Shown: in pieces, positions 1 through 10,257 of the stretch
Layout: the number at the start of each line of letters is the position of its first letter
Position numbering within the stretch: position 1 is the stretch's first letter
Source of the DNA: Kiritimatiellia bacterium
GTDB lineage: Bacteria > Verrucomicrobiota > Kiritimatiellia > JAAZAB01
Assembly (NCBI GenBank): GCA_040767085.1
Contig: JAXGPF010000008.1
Span: forward strand, 128,001-192,000
DNA: 64,000 bases
Direction of reading: 5' to 3'
Notes under the pieces: generated by a model
What the model was told of the DNA's origin: nothing
Databases searched by the model: none
Seen by the model: only the letters and a program-made list of their open reading frames with translations
Program-made: the position numbers and the translations under genes

Positions 1-86
1 CCACGGCCGCCGGCATCGTGTTGTACGAAGCCTTGCGCCAGTTGCAAAACGGCGGTCCTGCGGCTGCCGGACTGCGTCTGCCATAG
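1..86 (+). CDS. 3' end of SpoU/TrmL-family RNA methyltransferase (partial)
   Basis: Frame from nt 3 reads TAAGIVLYEALRQLQ...stop at 84-86, matching the SPOUT C-terminal (S)LN..xAxxxxLYExxRQ motif. Confidence 0.7.
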   Translation, partial: TAAGIVLYEALRQLQNGGPAAAGLRLP

Positions 87-771
87 CTTTTGCGACGGCA
101 GATTGTGGCCGCAGGCCGCCTCAGTATGGTTGCAAGGCGCGGGGCTTTTCCACGACTTCGCGCCAGAAGATGGCGCGGCGCATGCCGGCGGCGGATTTCA
201 AGGCCGCGGTTAAGGCGTGCGGCGGCCGGTTGGTGAATGGCTGCGGCTGCATGGCGGGCATAGCCGGCAGCGCGGCGTTGCGCAGGCTGGCGCCGGCTTG
301 CAATCCCCGTATCCCTTGCGCCAGTTGGGGCGCCCGCGCTTTGGCCGGTGCGGTTTGCAGGCCGGCCGGTTGCCGGGCGGGCCGGCTCAGTGCAGCGGCA
401 GGCGCGGCTGGCTTGGACGGGGTGGGGGCCGCGGCCCGGGCCATTGCCGGGCGAGCCGGCATGGCAATTTTCCGCTTGTGAGATTTATCCGCCAAGCCCG
501 CAGGCGCCGGACGCGCTACCGGACGCGGAACGGGCGGCGGCGCGGCGGGCGGCGTGGCGGGCTTGATTTCCGGCGCCGCTCTTTCCAGCATCTCCGCCAG
601 GAAATCGTCCAGGTCGCGGTGTTCCGCATCGCCCGGCAGACCGGGCAGCGTTGGCGGACCCGGCGCGCGCCGGTTTTTTTTCATGGAGCGTTGGAGCAAC
701 TGGGCCGCCACCCAGATCAAGCCGAATACCAGCCAGATCACGCCCTCCAGCGACGAAGCCAATACAACTAT

Positions 772-2132
772 GCCGCTTCCGGGTTTTGTGTGGGTAGCCC
801 CCATATGTAGTGGTGTCAGCATGCGAAAAGGCGGATCATTGGAGACGCGGGCGCTTTCGGCATGAGATCGAGTCCTCCACAATGAAAATAAATGGCTTTT
901 TTATAGTGATCCCGGTTGCGGAAACCGCAGGCCATCCGTTTGACCTTTTCTATCTTGCTATTAAGGCTTTCGCCCATGGCGTTGGTAACGCGGAGTTTGG
1001 CAAAGGTGACGATGTTAGCCATATGTGCCATCAAGGTCTTCGCCGCCTTGACCATAGCAGGCAACCGGGAGTGTGTTGCCCAGTGATACCACCGCTTAAA
1101 GAACTTCCGCGCCCAGGCCACCGAACGATACGACCACAGATGCCGCAGATTCTCCTTGATCGCCCACGCCCGGCAAACCTTCAAATCTTGGGATTTGAGT
1201 TGTTCGAACTCCACACGACGCCAATCGGGAATATTTTCTTCATTCCAAAGCCAAAGATACTTCGTGTGTTTCAAATCCTCTCGGCCCACTTGCATCAATT
1301 GCCGGTGTTCGATCTTGCGAACCTCGTCGACTGCCTTGGAAACATAGGCTGTCACATGGTATCGATCAAAGACGATCTTCTGGTGGGCAGCGGAAATCCA
1401 AGCGCGTGTCGCCGCGATGTACGGATCCCACATGTCCATGGCCACGGCTTCCACCGCCGCGCGCTCTTCCAGCGTGAACTGTTTGTAATATCCTTCCAAG
1501 CTTCCCTGCTCCCGATTGTCGGCCACATATTCCACCGTCGCTTGCTCCAAATCATAGACCAGCGTCTCGTACTTGTGGCCTTTTGCAAACGATTTCTCGT
1601 CCACCCCGATCCGTGCCGGCAACTTATGTTCCTTGCGATCCCAGCCGCGCGCTACACCACGTTCCACCACCGCCCACGCCTGCTCCCAGCTAATCCCCGT
1701 CAATCGACTAGCTCCACTCAAGCTGCATTCCTCAAGCACTGTAATAATCTGTCGTTCAAAGGCATATGTCATCGGCGAACCATTCTCGCCAAACTCCGAA
1801 AGAATCTGCTTAACCCCGTGCCGAGCGCACTGCGCACGCGGCAGTCGCACATGCACATACGTCGCCATTTCACAACTGTTAAGATGCCGATATTCGCGTT
1901 CCGCCGTGTGGTCGTACACTGGCCCAAATTGCCCACATTCCGGACAGGCCACTTGCACTCCCGGTTCATGCTTAACCCATACGTCCACACGACGGGCACT
2001 CTCGTTCACCTCAACCCGACTAACCAACCAAGGCCCTCGCAATCCCAACAATTTCGCGTATAATGTATTTGCATTCATTCACCACTATTACCACAACCTG
2101 TAGGGGGTGCCCATTCAAAAGTCTGAAGCCCC
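772..2132 (-). mobile_element. ISL3-family insertion sequence
   Basis: Imperfect terminal IRs GCCGCTTCCGGGTTTTGTGTGGG / GGGGCTTCAGACTTTTGAATGGG; 8-bp TSD ACAACTAT at 764-771 and 2133-2140. Confidence 0.92.
816..2078 (-). CDS. ISL3-family transposase
   Basis: Zn-finger CPECG...C..HG, IGVDEKS, AMDMW, FDRYH, TNAMGESLNSKI..VKR.ACGFRN motifs. Confidence 0.95.
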   Translation of the reverse strand: MNANTLYAKLLGLRGPWLVSRVEVNESARRVDVWVKHEPGVQVACPECGQFGPVYDHTAEREYRHLNSCEMATYVHVRLPRAQCARHGVKQILSEFGENGSPMTYAFERQIITVLEECSLSGASRLTGISWEQAWAVVERGVARGWDRKEHKLPARIGVDEKSFAKGHKYETLVYDLEQATVEYVADNREQGSLEGYYKQFTLEERAAVEAVAMDMWDPYIAATRAWISAAHQKIVFDRYHVTAYVSKAVDEVRKIEHRQLMQVGREDLKHTKYLWLWNEENIPDWRRVEFEQLKSQDLKVCRAWAIKENLRHLWSYRSVAWARKFFKRWYHWATHSRLPAMVKAAKTLMAHMANIVTFAKLRVTNAMGESLNSKIEKVKRMACGFRNRDHYKKAIYFHCGGLDLMPKAPASPMIRLFAC

Positions 2133-2246
2133 ACAACTATTGGGATGAGGGAAAACATGGTGTTCAGTGTGCGGCGGAAGTCGTTCCTTCGAACCCCCTA
2201 AAACCGTAAACCTGAAAAATTTCAAAACGTTAGTTTTAAAAGATGC

Positions 2247-3272
2247 TCAGGCATCTTCCTTGCGGGCCGCCGGCTTGTCTTCGCCGGAGATGGATTCACG
2301 CATGCTGGTGTCGGCGATCAGGTTTTGCATGCGTAGATAATCCATGACGCCCAGTTTGCCTTCGCGCAGGGCTTGCGCCAGGGCGCGCGGCACTTCCGCC
2401 TGGGCTTCCACCACCTTGGCCTGCATCTCCTGCACCCGCGCGCGCATTTCCTGCTCGGCGGCGGTGGCCATGGCGCGGCGGCCTTCCGCCTCGGCCTGGC
2501 GCAGTTTCTTGTCGGCTTCGGCTCTTTCCGTTTCCAGCAAGGCGCCGACGTTGGCAGCGTCCGCTATGCCGGCGACGCTGATATCGGCGATGTCAATCGA
2601 GACGATTTCGAAGGCCGTCTGCGCGTCCAGGCCGCTTTCCAGCACCTTGCGGCTGATGAAGTCGGGGTTTTCCAGCACGTTTTTATAAGAAGCCGCCGAG
2701 CCAATGGCGCTGACGATCCCCTGGCCGACGCGGGCGATGATCGTTTCCTCCGTGGCGCCCCCGACGACTTTCTCGATGTTCATGCGCACGGTGACACGCA
2801 CTTTGACCAGCAACCGGATGCCGTCCTTGGCCACGGCGTCGAGCATGCCGGTGGTGCTTTTGTTGGGGTCGGGGCATTCAATGACTTTGGGGTAGACGCT
2901 GGTGCGCACGGCTTCAAACACATCGCGCCCGGCCAGGTCAATCGCGGCGGCGCGCTGGAAAGTGAGGGAGATATCCGCCTTGTCGGCGGCGATCAGGGCG
3001 TTGACCACGCTGCGGACATCGCCGCCGGCCAGGTAATGGGCTTCCAGCGGATCGGTTTCAATGTTCAAACCGGCCTTGACCAGTTGGATGCGGGTATCCA
3101 CGATCATGGCCGGCGGCACGCGCCGCAGTTTCATCCCGATCAGCGACGCCAGCGATACATGCGCGCCGGACATCAGCGCGCGGATATAGACGCCGATGAA
3201 GTAGAAGAAAATCGAGCCGAGAATAATAACCAGTATGGCGGCGAGAATCAGAATCAGCGTGATGAATGACAT
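2247..3272 (-). CDS. floA: Flotillin-like protein FloA (YqfA/UPF0365)
   Basis: [54 protein letters not shown] motifs; AGGAG RBS before ATG 3272. Confidence 0.93.
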   Translation of the reverse strand: MSFITLILILAAILVIILGSIFFYFIGVYIRALMSGAHVSLASLIGMKLRRVPPAMIVDTRIQLVKAGLNIETDPLEAHYLAGGDVRSVVNALIAADKADISLTFQRAAAIDLAGRDVFEAVRTSVYPKVIECPDPNKSTTGMLDAVAKDGIRLLVKVRVTVRMNIEKVVGGATEETIIARVGQGIVSAIGSAASYKNVLENPDFISRKVLESGLDAQTAFEIVSIDIADISVAGIADAANVGALLETERAEADKKLRQAEAEGRRAMATAAEQEMRARVQEMQAKVVEAQAEVPRALAQALREGKLGVMDYLRMQNLIADTSMRESISGEDKPAARKEDA

Positions 3273-3469
3273 GGCGGCGCGCTCCTGTATTTGGTTGGGG
3301 ATGGCGTCCGGCGGATTGCCGTTAATTGCGGCGCGGTGCCATCCAGCATCGAAGGGCAATATATGCGCCGGCCGGCATGAAGGCAAGCGAAAATTGCCGG
3401 ACGATGCGCGGATTGGAACAGAAGGAGAAATAACGGATCAGGGGGAGGAGCAGGGATTTGAACAGAAAG

Positions 3470-3514
3470 CCCACCTTGTTCCGCCCTTGTGCTGCCTTAT
3501 GTTTAAAATTCCGG
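3470..3514 (-). repeat. 45-bp dispersed intergenic repeat, copy 1
   Basis: Reverse complement matches 20822-20866 at 42/45 positions. Confidence 0.85.
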
Positions 3515-3533
3515 GTTTCATGCGCCGCGGGAG

Positions 3534-4382
3534 TCAAGGCTGCGCCGGCCCGGCGGCACGGACAAATTGCCGGCGGAAGGCGGCCGGGCTGATTCCTTGC
3601 AGCTTGCGGAACCGGTAGGAAAAATAATAGCGGTCGCAGAAGCCGGCGGCTTCGGCTACCTGCTTGATGCTGAGCTTGGAAAAATGCAACAGGAGACAGG
3701 CGCGGTCAATGCGCCGGATTTGGCCGTAAGTTTGCGGCGGCGCGCCCACCGCCTGGCGGAAGCAACGGCAGAAGGCGGTAGGATGCATCCGCATGCGTTC
3801 CGCCAGCGCGCGGTTGGTTGCCGGGCGCCAATCCTGGCTTTCCCACCAGTTGAGCAGTTCCCACAGGCGCGGCGGGTAGCAGTCGGCCGGTGGCAACGAT
3901 GCGTCCGGCAAGGACGCGAGCGCGTGCCAGCATAGATTCAAGGCCGTGGCGGCGCAGCGCGCCTGGGTGGCGGGATCGGCGGCCGCGCCTTGCCGGGGAT
4001 ATATGCCGCGCATGGCCGCCAGCAGCGGCGCTGCCGCCGGGAATTGATGGACCTGGTTTTGGACATGCGCGAAGGGCAGGCCCACGGTAAAATGTGTGAA
4101 GTAATGCTCTACCGTTTGCGACAGTTCCTGGGAAAGCGTGGTATTGGGCGCCACCAGCATAAAATGGTCCGGCTCCAGGTTGTGGCATCGACCGTCTTCG
4201 GCGCGCAAACAGGCGCCGGGCCGGTCGTTCCAATAAAGCCGCCAATAAGGGCTGCGCACATTCTGAGTGCGCCATTGCCGCGGTTGCAAGTTCAGGTGTG
4301 CACAGCATAGCAGTGTCAACTGGGGCGTGTGGCCGATGTTGACGTGCCCCCAGGTCAGCGGCTTGACCTGATTTGTGTTCAT
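3534..4382 (-). CDS. AraC-family transcriptional regulator
   Basis: N-terminal cupin-like region; C-terminal SIKQVAEAAGFCDRYYFSYRFRKLQGISPAAFR. Confidence 0.93.
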   Translation of the reverse strand: MNTNQVKPLTWGHVNIGHTPQLTLLCCAHLNLQPRQWRTQNVRSPYWRLYWNDRPGACLRAEDGRCHNLEPDHFMLVAPNTTLSQELSQTVEHYFTHFTVGLPFAHVQNQVHQFPAAAPLLAAMRGIYPRQGAAADPATQARCAATALNLCWHALASLPDASLPPADCYPPRLWELLNWWESQDWRPATNRALAERMRMHPTAFCRCFRQAVGAPPQTYGQIRRIDRACLLLHFSKLSIKQVAEAAGFCDRYYFSYRFRKLQGISPAAFRRQFVRAAGPAQP

Positions 4383-4584
4383 GCTAATTTTACGAACAAC
4401 TTGGCTAATTCCGTTAATTGCATAAATTCTGGATGCATGATAACTTGATTGTAGAAAAAATCAAGTATGCAGCGTTCGGCGGAACGGTTTGGTTCGTATG
4501 TTTTATCCGGCATGATGTTATTTTGACGTATATGCTTCCGCCAGCAAGTTGATAATATTTCTGTTGATGTAAGGACGGTTTTGC

Positions 4585-7470
4585 ATGATCACCCTGGAAA
4601 CTAAAACCTTCGCCTGGCACATTGACGAGGCCGGATGCACCCGCGCTTTCTCCGCGGCGGATTCCGGCCAAAACCTCCTGGATGATGCCGCAGTGCCGGC
4701 GGCGTTCTGCCGGCTGGTTCAGGATGAACGCGAAATCATGCCGGCGGGCGTGGTCTTCCGGGGCGGGCAGCTGATCGTGGATTTCCCGGGCGCCGCCCCG
4801 GTCCGTCTGGACGTGGAAATCCGGGAACATTACCTGGTGTTGCGCGTGGCAGCGGCGCCGGACGGCTACGACCGCCTGGTGTTCCTGGATGTGCCGCTGC
4901 GCCCGGGCGCGGCCGCCGCCGATGAGTTCGTCGCCTGCGCCGTGTCCCTGAACCTGCGGACGCGTGTGGACGAACTGCCCGGCCCGCAATCCCGCCTGGC
5001 CGCCCGGTGTTACCGACGGTTCGGCCTGACGGGCGCGGCGGTGGCGGTGGCGGCCGCGCCATTCCATCAATTGCGGGAGATTTTAAAAACGGTGGTCAAC
5101 GCCGCGCCGGATTTGCCCAAATCGCCCCGGGGCGGCCCGTGGGCCATGGATGCCCGGGAAAATTACACTTCCTATCTTTTCGGCGTGGCGACGGAAGAAA
5201 CGGTGGACGAGTGGATTGGGTTGTGCCGCGATTTCGGGATGGATCAACTGCATTTCTGCGGGCAGCAGGGATTCCGTTACGGCGATTACCTGCCGGACCC
5301 CAAAACTTTTCCCCATGGCATGGCCGGCGCCCGCAAGGTTGTTGACCGCCTCCACCAGGCCGGGATCATGGCGGGACTGCATACCCTGTCGTTCTCGATC
5401 CGCCAGAACACGCCCTATGTCGCGCCCGTGCCGGACAAGCGCCTGGCCAGGGAGGCGTCCTACACGCTGGCGGCGCCGCTGACCGCGGCGGATGGCGCCG
5501 TGCTGCTGGCGGAAAACACCGCCGGCCTGCCCCAAGAAATCAGTTATCATATCCGGCGCAGCATGACCTTGCAGATTGACGATGAGTTGATTGAGTTCAC
5601 CGGGGTCAATGACCGGCCGCCTTTCGGCGTCGGCGGATGCCGGCGCGGCGCCTGGGGCACGCGCGCGGCGCCGCATGCCCGGGGCGCGGTTGCGCATCAT
5701 CTCAAGGCCTGCTGGGGGATGTTCGCTCCCGATGGCGAGTCCACCCTCTTCAGTGAAATCGCCGGCAATATCGCCCGCACGGTGAATGAATGCGGGTTTG
5801 ACATGATTTATCTCGATGGGCTGGACGGCATCCACATCCTGGGCGGCGAGGAAGCCCGCTGGCATTATGGCGGCCGGTTTGCCTTCGAAGTTTTCAAGCG
5901 CTTGAACCGGCCGGTGATCATGGAGATGGCGGCGTTCCTGCACCACCTCTGGTTTTTACGGTCGCGCATGGGCGCCTGGGATCATCCCATCCGCGGATAC
6001 ACTCCGTTTTTGGATCATCATGTGCGGTCCAATGCGCAATGCGCGCGCATCTTTCTGCCGGCGCATCTGGGCTGGTGGGCGCCGCGCACAGCCGCGGCTT
6101 CGAACATGACCACCACCGATATCGAGAACATGGGCGGCCTGGCGTGCAAAAACGAGACCACCCATGTCGAAGATGTCGAATACTTGTGCGCCAAGGCCCT
6201 GGAGTCGGGCGCAGGCTTTTCGCTGCAGGGGCTCTCCCCGCAGGCAGTGCGGAATACGCCGCACTTGCAGCGCCTGGCGCCGGTTTGCAAGCGCTACGCG
6301 GCCGCGCGCGCCGCTGCCGTCCCTGTAGCGGCGCCACTGTGTGGCGCAAAAGCCGCACCCCGTGCAGCGACGACAGATCATTCCCCGCTGGTAGTCCGGC
6401 CGCCGTCCGCTGGCCGGGGCGCATCTTGCGTAAAACACCTCGTCACCGGTCTGGACGACAGTTCCGACGCCTGGCGGGTGCATTCCGATGCCGCGCGGCC
6501 GGCGAAAATCCGCGTGGAAGCGCTCTGGTCGGTTGCGCCATTCGAGGACGAGCGCGGCATAGTTGTTGCCGATTGCGCGCATCCAATGGAATTCAGCCCG
6601 GGATGGGAACTCGTCCGTATCCTTAACAGCGGCAAAAAATATTCCTGCCCGGGCGCGGCGCCCGGTTTGCGGATCTGGCTGGAAGCGGCGCCGGCGAACG
6701 CGTCCGGCGACGGCCGCGCCCGCGCGTGTTTAAAAGCCGAGCGTCAAAGCGGCAGCCGGTTTCCCGTTTCCTCGCCGGCCGACCGCCTTTCGCTGCTCGA
6801 TCATGGCGAACGCATTTACGAAGCAGGCCCGGCATCCTGGGGTTGGCTGGGCAAGCGGTTCACGTCGGAACTGGATTTGTCCAAATGTCCGGCTTTGGGA
6901 TTGTGGGTGCAGGGCGACGGCAGCGATGCGGTCTTGAACGTCCAGCTTGCCGGGCTGGAGCGCACCCAGGCGCTGGAAGATCATTACGTGCCGCTGGATT
7001 TTACCGGGTGGCGTTATGTGGAGCTGGTGGAGCCGGAGGCGGAGCGGTTTGAAAATTACAGATGGCCTTACGGACGGTGCGTGTATGACATTTACCGCGC
7101 CACAATTCAGTACGCCCAGGTGGCCGGCATCAAGCTGTGGCTTAACCACGTGCCGGCTAAAGGCGGTACTACCTGCCTGATCTCGCAGATTCGCGCGCTG
7201 CCGCTGGTCCGGACCAAACTCAACCAGCCGGTTTTGACCATTAACGGGCGCGAGCTTACCTTGCCTTTTGCCTTGGCCGCCGGCGACTGGGTGGAAATTG
7301 GTGCGGATGGAATGGCGGCCGCATTTGCGCCCGATGGCCGGGAAATTCAGTCCGCGCCGTTGCCGGGCGGGACGATCCGGATGAAGGCGGGCGCCAATGA
7401 ACTGGCTTTCAAGGCTGACGCGCTTGCAGGCCGATGCCGGGCGCGGGTGACGGTGATATGCAATTCTTAG
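4585..7470 (+). CDS. Large hypothetical protein, glycoside hydrolase-like (clan D GH27/36-like TIM barrel) with C-terminal CBM-like domain
   Basis: FPHGMAGARKVVDRLHQAGIMAGLH and GFDMIYLDG resemble clan-D motifs; LGLWVQGDGS..LNVQL..LDFTGWRYV is CBM-like; divergent from AraC. Confidence 0.55.
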   Translation: MITLETKTFAWHIDEAGCTRAFSAADSGQNLLDDAAVPAAFCRLVQDEREIMPAGVVFRGGQLIVDFPGAAPVRLDVEIREHYLVLRVAAAPDGYDRLVFLDVPLRPGAAAADEFVACAVSLNLRTRVDELPGPQSRLAARCYRRFGLTGAAVAVAAAPFHQLREILKTVVNAAPDLPKSPRGGPWAMDARENYTSYLFGVATEETVDEWIGLCRDFGMDQLHFCGQQGFRYGDYLPDPKTFPHGMAGARKVVDRLHQAGIMAGLHTLSFSIRQNTPYVAPVPDKRLAREASYTLAAPLTAADGAVLLAENTAGLPQEISYHIRRSMTLQIDDELIEFTGVNDRPPFGVGGCRRGAWGTRAAPHARGAVAHHLKACWGMFAPDGESTLFSEIAGNIARTVNECGFDMIYLDGLDGIHILGGEEARWHYGGRFAFEVFKRLNRPVIMEMAAFLHHLWFLRSRMGAWDHPIRGYTPFLDHHVRSNAQCARIFLPAHLGWWAPRTAAASNMTTTDIENMGGLACKNETTHVEDVEYLCAKALESGAGFSLQGLSPQAVRNTPHLQRLAPVCKRYAAARAAAVPVAAPLCGAKAAPRAATTDHSPLVVRPPSAGRGASCVKHLVTGLDDSSDAWRVHSDAARPAKIRVEALWSVAPFEDERGIVVADCAHPMEFSPGWELVRILNSGKKYSCPGAAPGLRIWLEAAPANASGDGRARACLKAERQSGSRFPVSSPADRLSLLDHGERIYEAGPASWGWLGKRFTSELDLSKCPALGLWVQGDGSDAVLNVQLAGLERTQALEDHYVPLDFTGWRYVELVEPEAERFENYRWPYGRCVYDIYRATIQYAQVAGIKLWLNHVPAKGGTTCLISQIRALPLVRTKLNQPVLTINGRELTLPFALAAGDWVEIGADGMAAAFAPDGREIQSAPLPGGTIRMKAGANELAFKADALAGRCRARVTVICNS

Positions 7471-7502
7471 TGGTTAGACAAATAATTGATGATGAGTGTA
7501 AA

Positions 7503-10250
7503 ATGCGATTTATTACACGCCTTTTTCGCAAATCGGTTCTGTTGGCATGCATGGTCGTGGGCGTGCGCGGTATGACCGCGGATTCGGCTCCGATGGCCGT
7601 GACTAATTGCGCTACCCCGCCGGTTATTGACGGCGTATTAAGCGACTCGGCCTGGCAGAAGCCACCGCTGGTTGACGAATTGTTCCTGAAAAACAGCAAT
7701 CAATCATCATCCGCCACCCGGGTCTGGATGACTTTTGACCGGCAATATCTGTATTTGGGATTCCATTGCGCAAATTCCAACATGTCCCGGGTGATCCAAC
7801 GCACGTTCGATCATGACAGCCCCGCTTATAAAGACGATTCGGTTCAGTTGTTCGTCCGGCCGTCCGCTGCGCGCGAGCGCTATGACCTGTTCGTGCTGAG
7901 CTTCGCCAATGTGGTTTATGACGAACAGTGCACAACCGGGGGTTGGCGCAATCGCGGATGGACTCCGCCGCTGCGTTCCATGACCGCGCAGCAGGCGGAC
8001 GGCTGGACCGCCGAGCTGGCGATTCCGCTCTTTATTTTCGATTGCGACGATTTCGGCGATATGGAAATCGGGCTGGTTCGCAATTATAACGACATCACGC
8101 TTGATGTTTATGGCGCGTTACAGGAGGAAAAAATTGTTGCTTATGCATTGTCGCCCGATACTAAAAATTTTCATGATGTCAGCCGGTTCCGGCCGGTAAA
8201 GGGCGCGGGCGGCTTCAAGCCGGATGTGCCTTTTGCCCCGCAAGTCGTTGCGGCCGAGATCGCCGGTTATCACCAGCAAGATGACCGTATATGCTACGTA
8301 ATAAACGCGCTCCTGAAATCGGGTTCGCCGATGTGCGGCATGGCTGAACTCCAGGTCGTCGAAGACGACGGTCGGGCTGAAACTGTTCGACATCGCGAAC
8401 AAGTAAAACTTGCTCCCGCCGAGTCCCGGCTGCCAATCATAATTCCTGTGACGGAATTCCGCGACCGCAAAGTAAAGTTGCTGCTGGTGGCGCCGGATAA
8501 TCCCGCCAACGTGCTGGCTTTTAACGAGATCACCGATGTGTCAGCGCTGAGTGTGATCCGCCGGGCGTTTGCCGGCCGGAGTTTTTATTCGTCAGAAGAC
8601 GCCGCCGATATAATACTGGAGTTGGGGTTGCCGGATGCAATGCTGGCCAAAGCCATACTGAAAGTCGAACTTGCCGGCCAGCCGGCTTTGGAATGCAAGG
8701 GAGTGCGGACGGTCATGACTCCAAAACTGCCGTTGAAAATGCTGGCGCCGGGCGATAACCAGGTGGATTTGCGCATTCTGGTGGATGGCCGGGAATTGGC
8801 CGCGCGACGGGTGAATGTTTTGCGCCTGACCCCGCGGCCCGGATATGAAACCAAGGCGGATTTCATCAGGGGTGTGGTGTTAAAGGATCAAAAGCCGTTT
8901 TTCCCGGTGGGCATTTGCTGCCATGTGTTGTATGGCAATGAAGATGATGCCTGGCGGTTTGATTTTCTCAAGCGGATTGGTTTGAACACATTGGTGAAAA
9001 TGCGCATTGCAACCAACACGGTTTCGTTCATGAACCTGGCCGAAGCGCGCGGGTTCAATGTCATTACCTGGAATTATCCCAACGTGGACCACTATATGAG
9101 TGCGTTGCCAAAACTCTTTAATCTGGATTTTCAGGATTTAGCGGTTCCGGCGCGGATCAAGGAGGCCATGACCAATGACCCGCAATTCTGGTCCGGCATA
9201 CATGGAACCATGGCGTTGCCGGAGCGGCTGCTGCTGCGCCGGGCCTTGTACGAACAGGTGGAGCCTGGTGTAGTCAAGGAGGTTGAAGTCCTGCGCGACT
9301 ACAAGAATTTTGTCGGATACTGGAATGTGGATGAGCCCAATCTCATCAATTCCGACGATAGAATCGCGCTGGCGGAATGGTATTGGAAGACAACGCGCCG
9401 GCACGATCCGCATCATCCGCAGTTCCTCCTGTATTCAATGAATATTCCGTTTGGCGATAATTGGACGCGCTGGGGCGATATCTTGGGGTTTGACATTTAT
9501 CCCCGGCCTTATACCGGGGGATTGCTGAGCGAACCGGGCTTGTATACCGCGTATTATGCCTGCCAATTGCGCGAGCGATGCCGGCGCGACAATAAGATCA
9601 TGTGGTTTGTCCCCTTGGCCAACATGCTCGACTTGGGGCGTACGCCCATCGGCATGAGCAAGGCCCAGATGCTCTGCCAGGCATATACCGCCATCATTTA
9701 CGGCGCGCGCGGATTGCTCTATTTCGCGTTGAACGCGGTGGTCGGCGAGGAGGCCTGGGACGCCTTGTCCGTCATCTCCGCCCGGGTGTCGGAACTTGCG
9801 CCGGCCTTGCTCAATGGCGATGTGCCCCAGACCGTAAAATACACGCCGGATAATTTTTATCCGCGCGAGCAAAAATTCCCCATGATCAACGCCGCGGTGT
9901 TTCAATATCCCGCCGGCGATTATCTGCTGCTGGCGGCAAATATCATGCCGTTTGCCGTAGATACTAAATTTAACTTGAGGGGCATGCGCCAGGCGGCGCG
10001 GCTGTTTGAAGATGAAGACCCAAAGGCGCAAAGTGAAATTGAGTTGATGGACGAGTCGTTTGCCGAAAAAATCGAGCCATGCGGCACGCGCGCTTACCGG
10101 ATTAAGCTCCGGCAATTGCCCGCTGCCGCGGGCGATGACCGCGGTTCCGGAGAACCGCCGCGCCCAGCGGACGCGGCTACAGCCGGGGCAGGGCCGCGCA
10201 GCGGCTTGGGCCATCCCTTGCCGGTGGAAGTAGCCGCAGGCGTTTCCTGA
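7503..10250 (+). CDS. Secreted CBM9-like plus putative glycoside hydrolase protein
   Basis: Signal-like N-terminus; PPVIDGVLSDSAW...DDSVQLF...WTAELAIP (CBM9-like); KPFFPVG, YWNVDEP, DILGFDIYP, IIYGARGLLYF. Confidence 0.65.
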   Translation: MRFITRLFRKSVLLACMVVGVRGMTADSAPMAVTNCATPPVIDGVLSDSAWQKPPLVDELFLKNSNQSSSATRVWMTFDRQYLYLGFHCANSNMSRVIQRTFDHDSPAYKDDSVQLFVRPSAARERYDLFVLSFANVVYDEQCTTGGWRNRGWTPPLRSMTAQQADGWTAELAIPLFIFDCDDFGDMEIGLVRNYNDITLDVYGALQEEKIVAYALSPDTKNFHDVSRFRPVKGAGGFKPDVPFAPQVVAAEIAGYHQQDDRICYVINALLKSGSPMCGMAELQVVEDDGRAETVRHREQVKLAPAESRLPIIIPVTEFRDRKVKLLLVAPDNPANVLAFNEITDVSALSVIRRAFAGRSFYSSEDAADIILELGLPDAMLAKAILKVELAGQPALECKGVRTVMTPKLPLKMLAPGDNQVDLRILVDGRELAARRVNVLRLTPRPGYETKADFIRGVVLKDQKPFFPVGICCHVLYGNEDDAWRFDFLKRIGLNTLVKMRIATNTVSFMNLAEARGFNVITWNYPNVDHYMSALPKLFNLDFQDLAVPARIKEAMTNDPQFWSGIHGTMALPERLLLRRALYEQVEPGVVKEVEVLRDYKNFVGYWNVDEPNLINSDDRIALAEWYWKTTRRHDPHHPQFLLYSMNIPFGDNWTRWGDILGFDIYPRPYTGGLLSEPGLYTAYYACQLRERCRRDNKIMWFVPLANMLDLGRTPIGMSKAQMLCQAYTAIIYGARGLLYFALNAVVGEEAWDALSVISARVSELAPALLNGDVPQTVKYTPDNFYPREQKFPMINAAVFQYPAGDYLLLAANIMPFAVDTKFNLRGMRQAARLFEDEDPKAQSEIELMDESFAEKIEPCGTRAYRIKLRQLPAAAGDDRGSGEPPRPADAATAGAGPRSGLGHPLPVEVAAGVS

Positions 10251-10257
10251 TCAGCGC

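Larger units (their letters stand above)
121..2158 (-). pseudogene. YqfB-like membrane-anchored protein downstream of floA, interrupted by ISL3 (native ATG 2158, body 121-771)
   Basis: Removing the IS and one TSD copy gives MFSLIPIVVLASSLEGVIWLVFGLIW...; N-terminal TM, Pro/Ala-rich linker, C-terminal RRAIFWREVVEKPRAL typical of floA-adjacent proteins. Confidence 0.7.

Noticed and set aside
3498-3510. XerD-arm-like TTATGTTTAAA in the 45-bp repeat
   Set aside because: No matching XerC arm at 6-bp spacing
4383-4420. AraC tandem half-sites (GCTAATT 21 bp apart)
   Set aside because: Only a 7-bp match in AT-rich DNA; too weak to call
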